A model generated the notes under the pieces. The model saw only the letters and a program-made list of their open reading frames with translations, made no database searches and was not told the origin of the DNA. Below, one piece after another: positions 19,255 through 31,000 of a DNA stretch of 64,000 bases. Source of the stretch: Nitrosopumilus sp. Its GTDB lineage: Archaea > Thermoproteota > Nitrososphaeria > Nitrososphaerales > Nitrosopumilaceae. Position 1 is the stretch's first letter. Each line of letters starts with the position of its first letter. Made by a program: the position numbers and the translations under genes. The DNA lies in assembly GCA_965218785.1 (NCBI GenBank), contig OZ244650.1:960001-1024000 (forward strand). The letters run 5' to 3'.

Positions 19255-22200
19255 ATGATCCTGACTGATAAAAAACAATTCTCAGAGATGTGCAGCGCGT
19301 ATTATGACACATCAAAGATAATAATCATTATGGGGGTTTTCTCTGCTGTACTGCTTGGGCTGGGAGGCATCGAATCGTCTTATTCTCAGACTGCGGAGGA
19401 GGATGTCACTGCGCCCGTTTTGCTGCATGTACGGACAACATCTGACACTACCATCCTGCTTACTTTTTCTCTACATCACAGTCAAATACATAATACTATG
19501 CCTGATGCGGGTTTTCAAGTCTCCGGTGTTACTGCCGGAAACACCATATCTAATGTAAGGGTGTTAGGCCCTTGGATTACTGTGACGCTTGAGAATCCGA
19601 TAATACCTGGGGATATTGTCCGCATATCTTATCTTGGCAACTCTATTGTGAATGGAAGAGATGACAAACTTGAACACTTTGAGGATGTTCTGGTTATAAA
19701 TCGCGTTCATGTCAGTTTTGGAGGTCTAAGTCATCTGGAAGGCCATTTAAATAGACCAGCCGGTATAGCAGTCACATCCACAAACATCTTTGTAGCAGAT
19801 TTTGGAAACAATCGAATACAGATATTTGATTTGGATGGCGGTTTTGTCAAAGCATTTGGTGAATCAGGTTCTGGGGACGGCAGTTTCGATTCCCCATCTG
19901 GCATAGCAGTCACCTCCACACACATCTATGTAACAGATACCGGAAATGACCGAATACAGATATTTGATTTGGATGGCGGTTTTGTCAAAGCATTTGGTGA
20001 ATCAGGTCCTGAGGACGGCAGTTTCGATTCCCCATCTGGCATAGCAGTCACCTCCACACACATCTTTGTAACAGATACCAAAAATGACAGAATACAGATA
20101 TTTGATTTGGAGGGCGGTTTTGTCAAAGCATTTGGTGAATCAGATTCCGGGGACGGCGGTTTCAGCTTTCCACAAGGCATAGCAGTCACCCCCACAAACA
20201 TCTATGTGGCAGATACCAAAAATGACAGAATACAGGTACATGATTTGAACGGCAATGTTGTTAATAAGTTTGGTCGCAGTTCTGATCTAAGTAATTTCGT
20301 TGCTCCACATGGCATAGCAGTCACCTCCACAAACATCTTTGTAACAGTTATCTCTGATTTAATATACAAATTTGATTTGGATGGTAATTTTATTAACACG
20401 TTCAGTAATTCCGGTCTCTCTGTAGGTCGCTTAATTGACCCACAAGGCATAGCAGTCACCCCCACAAACATCTATGTATCCGATACCGGAAATGACAGAA
20501 TACAGATATTTGATTTGGAAGGTAATTTTGTTAGCAAGTTCGGCGATTCCAATTTTAAGGAAGGTGCTTTCTTTGGTGCGAGAGGCATAGCAGTCACCCC
20601 CACAAACATCTATGTGGCAGATGGAGGAAATGACAGAATACAGATATTTGATTTGGAGGGCAATTTTGTCAAAGCATTTGGTGAATCAGGTTCCGAGGAC
20701 GGCAATTTCGATTCCCCACACGGCATAGCAGTCACCTCCACAAACATCTATGTAGCAGATGCCGACAATGGCAGACTGCAGATATTTGATTTGAACAATA
20801 ATTTTGTCAACAAACTCAGCGAATTTAGTTTCGATGACGAGTTTTTTCACATTATATACGACGTAGCAGTCACCTCCACAAACATCTATGTAGCAGTTGG
20901 TGTCAATGACAGAATACAGATATTTGATTTGGAGGGCAATTTAGTTAGCAAGTTCGGCAGATTTGGTTTTGATGACGGCGATTTCTTTGACCCATTCGGC
21001 GTAGCAGTCACCTCCACAAACATCTATGTGGTAGATATAGGAAATCACAGAATACAGATATTTGATTTGGACGGCAGTTTTGTCAAAGCATTTGGTGAAT
21101 CAGGTTCTGGGGACGGCAGTTTCAACTCTCCACAAGGCATAGCAGTCACCCCCACAAACATCTTTGTAATAGATACCGGAAATGACAGAATACAGATATT
21201 TGATTTGGAGGGTAATTTTGTTAGCAAATTCGGTGAATTTGTTACTCCGCCATTTCGATACCCGGTTGGAATAACTGTAAACTATGATAACGTCTTTGTT
21301 ACAGCTGGTAGGTATAATCCGATACGCATGTTTGACATGTCCGCCATACTGCCAATCCCTGTCGTGTTTTCTGTCTCTGCCCCCGACGGGGAATATGGTT
21401 GGGGGGATACCATTCCAATTACTGTCACTTTTAGCAGACCTGTTACTGTAACGGGAATGCCGGAGCTTGCATTGAATGCCGGTAATACTGCCATCTTCGA
21501 GCAAGTGTTACCTGAAGGCAAGATGGTGTTCAGATATACTCTGGCTCGTACAGATTTTGCCGAGAATCTCAACTATGTTGATGAAGGCTCGCTCACACTA
21601 AAAGGCGGCACAATACTTTCATCTTATGATGATACTCCTGCTGACACAACACTTCCTGATCTGACCGCGTTTAATTCACTAGGTCGCACCTCGTCTGTAC
21701 TAGTCGACGGCGATGCTTTGTTTCCACGTGATATTCTGGACGTGTCTGATTCTGCATCATCTGCCAGCACGTTTGGCATATCTGATGCGCCGATCATCTC
21801 TGATTCTGCATCATCTGCCAGCACGTTTGGCATATCTGATGCGCCGATCATCCCTGAAATAACAGACAGTGCAACACTGGCAGTAAGATTTGCGATATCT
21901 GACTCTGTAGATTTTACGGATACAGTAACTGGCATGGGCGCCGTCGCAGAATCCGACTCTCCTGTAATCGCAGATTCCACATCAGTTCGACTCTCCGTCG
22001 CATTATCTGACTCCCCCGTCCTATCTGATACAGTAACTGGCATGGGCGCCGTCGCAGAATCCGATTCACCGGTACTGACTGACTCTGCATCTCTGAAATT
22101 CTACATCATATCTTTTGATACACCTGCCGTATCTGATCAACACGGCATTCAAATCATGAATAAGAACACAGAAGAAGACTCTCCTGCAATCACCGACTCT

Positions 22201-24114
22201 GCATCAGTTCGACTCTCCGTCGCATTATCTGACTCCCCCGTCCTATCTGATACAGTAACTGGCATGGGCGCCGTCGCAGAATCCGACTCTCCTGTAATCG
22301 CAGATTCCACATCCGTTAAACTCTCCGTCGCATTATCTGACTCCCCCGCCCTATCTGATACAGTAACTGGCATGGGCGCCGTCGCAGAATCCGACTCTCC
22401 TGCAATCACTGACTCTGCATCCTTGAAATTCTTCATTGCATCTTTTGATACACCTGCCGTATCTGATCAACACGACATTCAAATCATGAATAACATCACA
22501 CAGGAAGACTCTCCCGTACTAGCTGACTCTTTCCTCCTTAAACGATCCCTTAACCCCACTGACTCCCCAGTCCTATCTGATGCGGTAGCTGGTATGGGTA
22601 CACTAAATGAATCCGACTCTCCCGTAATCGTCAATTCTGTATCATCTCAACTCTCCATTGCCCTCTCCGACTCACCCGTCATATCTGATACAGTAACTGG
22701 CATGGGCGCCGTCGCAGAATCCGACTCTCCCGTACTAGATGACTCTGCATCCCTGAAATTCTCAGTTGCCCTCTCCGACTCCCCTGTTCTATCGGATACC
22801 GTAACTGGCATGGGCGCCGTCGCAGAATCCGACTCTCCGACAGTCACTGACTCTGCCCTCCTTGAACTCTCCATTGCCCTCTCCGACTCTCCTGCAATGT
22901 CTGATACCGTAACTGGCATGGGCGCCGTCGCAGAATCCGACTCTCCTGCAATCACCGACTCTGCATCCGTTGAACTCTCCCTCAATCCCACAGACTCCCC
23001 CGTACTATCTGATGCTGTAACTGGCATGGGCACCCTTGCAGAATCCGACTTTCCGGTTCTATCTGATTCTGCAATAGTTCAAAAGACCCTCAATCCCACT
23101 GACTCCCCCGTCCTATCTGATACGGTAACTGGCATGGGCACCATCAGCGTATCGGACTCTCCGGTTCTATCTGATTCCGCATCATTAGTCTTGCCAGTAC
23201 CTCCAGATACCACTCCCCCAGAACCTCCATCTACACCGAGAACCACTGATCCGTCAGAGCGCAGATCCGGTGGCGGCGGTGGCGGCGGTGGCGGTGGTGG
23301 CAGCGGCAGCGGCAGCGGCAGCAGAGGAGGCGGTGGTCTAAACTATGACGTATCCTTTAACTTTACATCAAACAATGTAGACGTACTGACAGACCTCTCA
23401 CAGGTAAGAATAGAACCAGACACGCTCCTTACAATAACGCCGCATGTACTGCCAGTTAATGCACGCCAGAACATCCTAAAGATGGAGGTAATCCTCACAG
23501 ATAATGCAACACCGCAACATCAGGACGCCTTGATACAATATGAATTATTTTCAAACACTCTTACACGTGATGACTGCAGTGGCAATGAATATGAATCAGA
23601 CCGTCTTTACATCTGTAATGCATCCTCGCTCATATCTGAGAGGCAGACATCGTACTCTGAATCCCGCGTACAAATCTCAAAGCATTTTGAGAGTCTGATG
23701 ATATTCTTTGAAGAAGAGTTCTCAGGCAGCCTTAGCATATTATTACATGACACCCGTGGAACACTGCTCTCTTCACACAATTACACTTCATATGACATTA
23801 TCGTAGAACCAGTAGGCGGCAAACCAGAGCCTGCATCCGAGGTGGATCCCGAACCACAGCCCATACCCGTGGATCCCGAACCGGAACCCAAAGTCATACC
23901 AATGAATCCCGAACCAGAACCCAAAGTCATACCAATGAATCCCGAACCGGAACCAGAACCAGAAGTCATACTCATGAATCCAGAACCCAAACCCGTCCCA
24001 ACAGATCCGGAACCAGCAGATGACCGCAACATCTTTGAGATGTTTGCAGACTGGTTCCAGTCACTGTTTGGACTCTTGGAATCCCAGTACAAACTGATTC
24101 AAAACATACTGTGA
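19255..24114 (+). CDS. Giant surface protein, paralogue B: signal peptide, SwmB-like domain, 12 NHL repeats, Ig-like domain, SDSP stalk, shared C-terminal module
   Basis: 12 P-x-G-I-A-V...D-x-x-N-x-R-I-Q-I-F-D repeats counted. Stalk at about 21745-23190, poly-Gly, DDRNIFE...WFQSLFG end. Confidence 0.93.
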   Translation: MILTDKKQFSEMCSAYYDTSKIIIIMGVFSAVLLGLGGIESSYSQTAEEDVTAPVLLHVRTTSDTTILLTFSLHHSQIHNTMPDAGFQVSGVTAGNTISNVRVLGPWITVTLENPIIPGDIVRISYLGNSIVNGRDDKLEHFEDVLVINRVHVSFGGLSHLEGHLNRPAGIAVTSTNIFVADFGNNRIQIFDLDGGFVKAFGESGSGDGSFDSPSGIAVTSTHIYVTDTGNDRIQIFDLDGGFVKAFGESGPEDGSFDSPSGIAVTSTHIFVTDTKNDRIQIFDLEGGFVKAFGESDSGDGGFSFPQGIAVTPTNIYVADTKNDRIQVHDLNGNVVNKFGRSSDLSNFVAPHGIAVTSTNIFVTVISDLIYKFDLDGNFINTFSNSGLSVGRLIDPQGIAVTPTNIYVSDTGNDRIQIFDLEGNFVSKFGDSNFKEGAFFGARGIAVTPTNIYVADGGNDRIQIFDLEGNFVKAFGESGSEDGNFDSPHGIAVTSTNIYVADADNGRLQIFDLNNNFVNKLSEFSFDDEFFHIIYDVAVTSTNIYVAVGVNDRIQIFDLEGNLVSKFGRFGFDDGDFFDPFGVAVTSTNIYVVDIGNHRIQIFDLDGSFVKAFGESGSGDGSFNSPQGIAVTPTNIFVIDTGNDRIQIFDLEGNFVSKFGEFVTPPFRYPVGITVNYDNVFVTAGRYNPIRMFDMSAILPIPVVFSVSAPDGEYGWGDTIPITVTFSRPVTVTGMPELALNAGNTAIFEQVLPEGKMVFRYTLARTDFAENLNYVDEGSLTLKGGTILSSYDDTPADTTLPDLTAFNSLGRTSSVLVDGDALFPRDILDVSDSASSASTFGISDAPIISDSASSASTFGISDAPIIPEITDSATLAVRFAISDSVDFTDTVTGMGAVAESDSPVIADSTSVRLSVALSDSPVLSDTVTGMGAVAESDSPVLTDSASLKFYIISFDTPAVSDQHGIQIMNKNTEEDSPAITDSASVRLSVALSDSPVLSDTVTGMGAVAESDSPVIADSTSVKLSVALSDSPALSDTVTGMGAVAESDSPAITDSASLKFFIASFDTPAVSDQHDIQIMNNITQEDSPVLADSFLLKRSLNPTDSPVLSDAVAGMGTLNESDSPVIVNSVSSQLSIALSDSPVISDTVTGMGAVAESDSPVLDDSASLKFSVALSDSPVLSDTVTGMGAVAESDSPTVTDSALLELSIALSDSPAMSDTVTGMGAVAESDSPAITDSASVELSLNPTDSPVLSDAVTGMGTLAESDFPVLSDSAIVQKTLNPTDSPVLSDTVTGMGTISVSDSPVLSDSASLVLPVPPDTTPPEPPSTPRTTDPSERRSGGGGGGGGGGGSGSGSGSRGGGGLNYDVSFNFTSNNVDVLTDLSQVRIEPDTLLTITPHVLPVNARQNILKMEVILTDNATPQHQDALIQYELFSNTLTRDDCSGNEYESDRLYICNASSLISERQTSYSESRVQISKHFESLMIFFEEEFSGSLSILLHDTRGTLLSSHNYTSYDIIVEPVGGKPEPASEVDPEPQPIPVDPEPEPKVIPMNPEPEPKVIPMNPEPEPEPEVILMNPEPKPVPTDPEPADDRNIFEMFADWFQSLFGLLESQYKLIQNIL
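21745..23190 (+). repeat. Coding 54/108-bp SDSP stalk repeats of paralogue B
   Basis: Recurrent GTAACTGGCATGGGCGCCGTCGCAGAATCCGAC. Confidence 0.93.
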
Positions 24115-24199
24115 TCCCACGGCGAGCTGCCGCAAGCAAACCTGCATTCCCGGGCATTTTATCAGTGGGATGAGAGTTCATCACAGGAGGAAATCTTAG

Positions 24200-24860
24200 T
24201 TAAGGCACTCAAGGTCCGGATACATATTCAAAAATAGATCAAAACCCCCAAGATACGGGTGTGCAAACCAGTCATAGACGCTTTTAAAAAAACGTTGGAG
24301 GAGAAGAAAGATGACTCACCAGTCCTCATGCAGAACATGCGCATGAAAAAGATCTCTCATACAGGCATTCTGGTAACACATGGCATCACAAACCAGAACC
24401 GTGGGACATCCGGATGAACCAGACAATAAAGATCACAGAAAAGATTGGTTTGAAGATGCCAACAACGGCATCAGACGATCTCTATAACGCAGATGTCTTT
24501 ACCAGAAACGGATATGTTGTTCCTTGATGTAAGGGCAGACAAATACTGCAGTTGACTATCAATGCTGTTGCCATCAGGATCTGACTGCTCCAATCTGGGA
24601 ATACGTACAGACAACGGCGGCCAGTTGTCAGCAGAACACTCAGATCAACACATCTTTTGGTATAAACAGAGTTCATAAGATACCACACTCTGGAGCAAAC
24701 AGACATCGAATCACTCCACAAGACGCTCAAAAAAGAGTATTTGTGGACGCAGTTTGCAGGATATGGAATGCAGTCATTGCAGATGCATACAGGATACAAC
24801 CACCTAGGATTCATTTGGCACTGGAATGACTCGGGGAATTATCACATGAGGATGAGACAT
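24200..24860 (+). mobile_element. Degraded IS3/IS481-type (rve integrase-core) transposase relic; boundaries approximate
   Basis: Across frameshifts: IRTDNGGQ (24601-24624), EFIRYHTLEQTDIESLHKTLKKEYLW (24669-24746), YNH (24795) and RIHLAL (24806). These match the TDNG, IESFxxTLKxE and YNxxRxHSAL motifs. Confidence 0.8.
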
Positions 24861-25003
24861 AAGCGAGGGATCTGTAAAAACAGGCAAAAGGCGTTCATTG
24901 AGGGATTCATCCAAGAGGATGATTTTCAGACGATGGACAAACTGCCTGAGGTGTATTAGTGTATGTAATATATTCAACATATTAAATAATAAACTGAGCA
25001 AGT

Positions 25004-28000
25004 ATGATCCTGACGTATAAAAGACAATTCTCAGAGATATACAACACCAATTCTGGCACATCAAGGCTAATCATAATTATGGGGATTCTCTCTACTGTAC
25101 TGTTTGGGCTGGGAGGCATCGAATCATCCTATTCTCAGACTGTGGGGGATAACACCGCACCTGGCATACTGCATGCAGAGACAACATCTGCCAGTACCAT
25201 CCTGCTTACCTTCTCTGAAGAAATTACTGATGTATCTGATGCGGATTTTGAGGTCTCAGGTGTTACTGCCGGAAACGACATATCTGGTGTGACGCTGTCT
25301 GGTGATAGTATTCAAGTGACACTTGTGAACTCGATAGCATTGGAGGATATCATCAGCATATCCTATCTTGGCAACTCTGTTGTGGATCTTGCAGGTAACA
25401 GTCTTGGATCCTTTGAGGGGATTAGGGTTGTAAACGGCATCCACGTTGTTTTTGGAAATCCGGCTCACACTGGAAACAGTTTAAACGAACCATCCAGCAT
25501 AGCTGTCACCTCCACAAACATTATTGTAGTAGATTCTAGAAATGACAGAGTACATGTGTTTGAACTGAATCCAGATCCGAATTTGAAACCTACTTTTCGC
25601 AAAACATTCGGTGGATCCGGTTCCGGGGACGGCGCCTTCTTAGCTCCACGGGACATAGCAGCCACTGCCGCAAACATCTATGTTGCAGATACCGGAAATG
25701 ACAGAGTACAGGTATTTAATCTGGAAGGTACTCTTCTCAACAAGTTCGGTCAATCCGGTTTCGCAAACGGCAATTTCAATTCCCCATCCAGTATAGCTGT
25801 CACCTCCACAAACATCTTTGTAGTAGATTCTGGAAATGACAGAGTACAGGTATTTGATCTGCAGGGTAATTTTGCCCGCACATTCGGCGAATCAGGTATC
25901 GGGGATGGCCATTTCAATTCCCCATCCGGCATAACAATTGACTCTACACGCATACTTGTAGCAGATTCTGGAAATGACAGAGTACAGATATTTGATCTGG
26001 ACGGTACTTTTCTCAGCAAGTTCGGCGGATTTGGTTCCGGGATGGGAGTTTACTCATATCCACAAAGCATAGCTGTCACCTCCACACAGATCCTTGTAAC
26101 TGATATTGAAAATCACAGAATAAACACATTTAATCTGGATGGGAGTGATTCCAACGCATTTGGTGGATTAGGTTCTGAGGGCGGCGCCTTCTCATCTCCA
26201 CGAGACATTGTAGCCACCTCCACAAACTTCTATGTAGCAGATACCGGAAATGACAGAATACAGATATTTAATTTGTCAAGAAATTTTGTCAATGAGTTTG
26301 GTGAATCAAGTTCTGCAGACGGCACTCTCTCATTTCCATATGGCATAACAGTCAATTCTACACGCATCCTTGTAGCAGATGCCGGAAATGACAGAATACA
26401 GACATTTGATTTGAACGGTACTTTTCTCAGCAAGTTCGGTGGATCAGGTGATGAGGAGGGCACTTTCTCAGATCCACAAGGCATAACAGTCAATTCTACA
26501 AACATCATTGTAGTAGATAGCAGGAATCACAGAGTACAGATATTTGATCTAGACGGTACTTTTCTAGATGAGTTTGGTGAATTTGGTACCGGGGAAGATG
26601 ATATCGAGGAAGATGATTTATTCTTCCCACTAGGCATAGCAGTCAACTCCACAAACATCATTGTAGCCGATCTTGGAAATCGCAGAATAAAGGTACATGA
26701 TCTGGACGGTACTTTTGTCAGTGAGTTTGGTAGCAAGGGTTCTGGAAACGGTCAATTCTTATCTCCGCGAGACATAGCAGTCAACTCTACACACATCCTT
26801 GTAGCAGATTCCCGTAATAGCAGAATACAGGTATTTGATCTGGACGGTACTTTTGTCAGCACATTCTCTGGATTAAACGATGAAGGCAACTCTCTCTTAA
26901 TTCCATCCGGTATCGCAGTCACCTCCACACACATCCTTGTAGTAGATTCTGTAAATGGCAATATACAGATATTTGATTTGAATGGAAATCTTCTCAACGA
27001 GTTTGGTGAATTTATTACTCCGCCATTTGAATCCCCGGTTGGAATAACTGTAAACAGTGATAACGTCTTTGTTACAGATGGCATTGATAACACGGTGCGC
27101 ATATTTGATTTATCCACAATACTGCCAGCCCCTGCAGTGCTTTCTGTCTCTGCACCCGTCGGGGAGTATGGTTGGGGGGATACTGTTCCAATCACCATGG
27201 TCTTTAACCTGCCTGTTGTGGTAACAGGAGTGCCGGAACTCGAATTGAATAACAGTAAGGTTGCCGTCTTTGACCAGGTATTGCCTGGAGGCAAGATGAT
27301 ATTCAAATATACCGTGGCTCGTGCAGATTTTACCGAGAATCTCAACTATGTTGATAAAGACTCACTCATACTACAAGGCGGTACAATAGTTTCATCTTAT
27401 GATGAGACTCCTGCTAACAAAGCACTTCCGGCGCTTAGTACACTAGACACGGATGTACTGACCAACGGCAGTACTTTTTTTCTACGTGATATTCTGACTG
27501 TCTCTGACTCTGCATTATCTGCCAGCACATTTGACATAGCTGATGCGCCGGTTCTCTCTGATTCTGCATCATCTATCCGTATCCTTGACATATCTGATGC
27601 TCCGGTTCTCTCTGATTCTGCATCATCTGCCAATATCTTTGACATAGCTGATGCGCCGGTCCTCTCTGATTCTGCATCATCTGCCAATATCCTTGACATA
27701 TCTGATGCGCCGATCCTCTCTGATTCTGCATCATCTGCCAATATCCTTGACATATCTGATGCTCCGGTCCTCTCGGAGATGACAAAAATTGACGCGCGGC
27801 CAGAATTCGTATCTGCCATCGTTTCGGATCCTGAAACCATTAGAATTACAATATCCGAACCAGTTCGGGGGAATCCATTACCGGAAGAATTTACCGTATT
27901 TGATAATATAGTCTCTAATACAGTCATTAGTACAGTCACTAAGGTTGTTTTATCTGGGAATATCATAACACTTACGGTGGATACTCCAATTGCCTCAGGC

Positions 28001-31000
28001 GACCCCGTCACCGTCTCATATCCCGTCAATTCGATCACCGATTCGATCACCGATGTGACAGGTAACGTACTTCGGTTTACCAACGCCGTAGCAAACGACG
28101 CCGTGACAATAACGGCTGTATGGAATGATCCGGACAATGCAGATGAAGTGCTCTCCGTAGGCGATACGCTTACCATAACGGTTTCAGAAGATACGGACAG
28201 GCCCGGCGGAACAGGAATTCAGGACAAACTCCTGATTGATGCAGTCTTTACCTTTGAGAATCCGATCGGTGCAGACTATACTGGAATATGGGTTGATGTC
28301 CGGACATTTGTAATTACCATAACTAATGCCACAGATGCTACGGCTATAGTCGGCGAAGACGTCTCACCGTTTACTGGAATAAGGTTTCTTAGAGATCTAG
28401 GTACTACGGATGATGTATCGTTTCTGAGGCCGCAGGGAGTGGCTGCAAACTCTACAGGCTTTATCTATGTTGCAGATACAGGGAACGACATCGTCCGGAT
28501 ATTTGATCCTTCAGGTCAGTATGTCGGCAATCTGGCTCCAGGTCCAGATGGGTTTGATAATCCACGGGGATTGGCGACAAACTCTACTGATTTTATCTTT
28601 GTTATAGATGGCTCTCCTGGCAGTAACGTCCAGATATTTGACCCTTCAGGCCAGCATGTTGGAAACTTGGAAAACCCAAACGCTCAAGACGGCGGCAGGC
28701 CATTTAGTAATCCTGGGGATGTAGAAGTCAGTCCTGATGGTTTTATCTTTGTTACGGATTCTAGTAGTGGTTCAGTACAAAAGTTTGATCCGTCTGGCAA
28801 CTTTATTAAAGCATTGAGTCTGCCGAGTGACCCTGGTTTTAATTTTCCACGAGGCATTGCAGTCAACTCTACGGGGGCAATCTATGTCTCCGGAATTGAA
28901 ATTAATGGACCAACTCGTAATAATGTAGTTCGGATATTTGACTCTGATGGGATACATCATGGGGATCTTGTTTTTAGGGGTAGTGAACGATTTGGAGCGC
29001 TGAATGGAATAGCAGTAAACTCTACTGATTCTATTTTTGTTTCAGATAGAGAAGTCATCAGGGTATTTGGTCCAGATGGGGTATATTCCGAACTATTTAG
29101 TCCTCTGGGAGGCGTCCTGCTTCAACGTCCTGCACACCTTTCAATATTTGGCGATGATCAATTTGTAATTGCAGATACAGATGAGCACCTGGTGCAGATA
29201 TACGGACGCACCATTATACGGGATGATGAAAGAACTCGAGTACTATTTAGCGTATCCGTTAAAACCAGCGGAGACTTTGGCATAGAACCGCCAAAGTTTA
29301 ACGAAATAAACTCCCCTGAAATAACAGACAGTGCAACACTGGCAGTAAGATTTGCGGTATCTGACTCTGTAGATTTTACTGATACTGTAACTGGTATGGG
29401 CAGCGTTGCAGATTCTGATTCTCCTGTAATCGCAGATTCCGTATCCGTTCGACTCTCAGTTGCCATCTCTGACTCTCCAGTCCTAACTGATGCTGTAACT
29501 GGCATGGGCGCCGTCGCAGAATCCGACACTCTGACAATCACTGATTCCGCATCAGTTAAACTCTCAGTTGCCATCTCTGACTCTCCAGTCCTAACTGATA
29601 CCGTAACTGGCATGGGCACCGTCGCAGAATCCGACTCTCCGGTAATCACTGATTCCGCATCCCTGAAATTCTCCCTCAATCCATCTGACTCCCCCGTCCT
29701 GATTGATACCGTAACTGGCATGGGCACCGTCGCAGAATCCGACTCTCCGGCAATCGCTGATTCCGTATCCATGAAATTCTATATTACATCTTTTGATACA
29801 CCTGCCGTATCTGATCAACACGACATTCAAATCATGAATAACAACGCACAAGAAGACTCTCCGGCAATCGCAGATTCCGCATCAGTTAAACTCTCCATTG
29901 GCCTCTCTGACTCTCCCGTCCTGGCCGATACCGTAACTGGCATGGGCACCGTCGCAGAATCCGACTCTCCTGTAATGGCCGATTCCGTATCAGTTCAGAT
30001 CTCAGTTGCCATCTCTGACTCCCCCGTCCTGGCCGATACCGTAACTGGCATGGGCACCGTCGCAGAATCCGACTCTCCTGTAATCACTGATTCCGCATCC
30101 CTGAAATTCTTCCTCAATCCATCTGACTCCCCCGCCCTGGCCGATACCGTAACTGGCATGGGCACCGTCGGAGAATCCGATTCTCCAGTAATCACTGATT
30201 CCGCACTCTTTGAATTCTCACTTGTGTTATCTGACTCCCCCACCCTGGCAGATACCGTAACTGGCATGGGCACCGTCGCAGAATCCGACTCTCCAGTAAT
30301 CACTGATTCCGCATCAGTCAAACTCTCCATTGGTGTCTCTGACTCCCCCGTCCTGGCTGATACCGTAACTGGCATGGGCACCGTCGCAGAATCCGACTCT
30401 CCTGTAATCACTGATTCCGCATCCCTGAAATTCTTTATTACATCTTTTGATGCACCTGCCGTATCTGATCAACACGACATTCATATCACTAATGTCGTCA
30501 CACACGAAGACTCTCCGGCACTATCTGACTTTGTCTTCCTTAAGCGATCCCTTAATCCTACCGACTCCCCCGTCCTATCTGATGGGGTATCTGGCATGGG
30601 CACACTCAGTGAATCCGACACTCCTGCAATCACCGATTCTGTATCTGCTCAACTCTCCATTGGTGTTTCTGACTCTCCAGTCCTGACTGATACCGTAACT
30701 GGCATGGGCACCGTCGCAGAATCTGACTCTCCGGCACTATCTGACTCTGCCGTTCTTCAACACTCCATTGGTCTCTCTGACTCCCCCGTCCTATCTGATA
30801 CCGTAACTGGCATGGGCGCCGTCGGCGAATCCGACTCGCCGGCAATCACCGATTCCGCACTCTTTGAACTCTCCATTGCCTTCTCTGACTCTCCAGCATT
30901 ATCTGATACCGTATCTGGCATGGGAGTCGTCGGCGAATCCGACTCGCCGGCAATCACCGATTCTGTATCCGCTCAACTCTCCATTGCCCTCTCCGACTCC

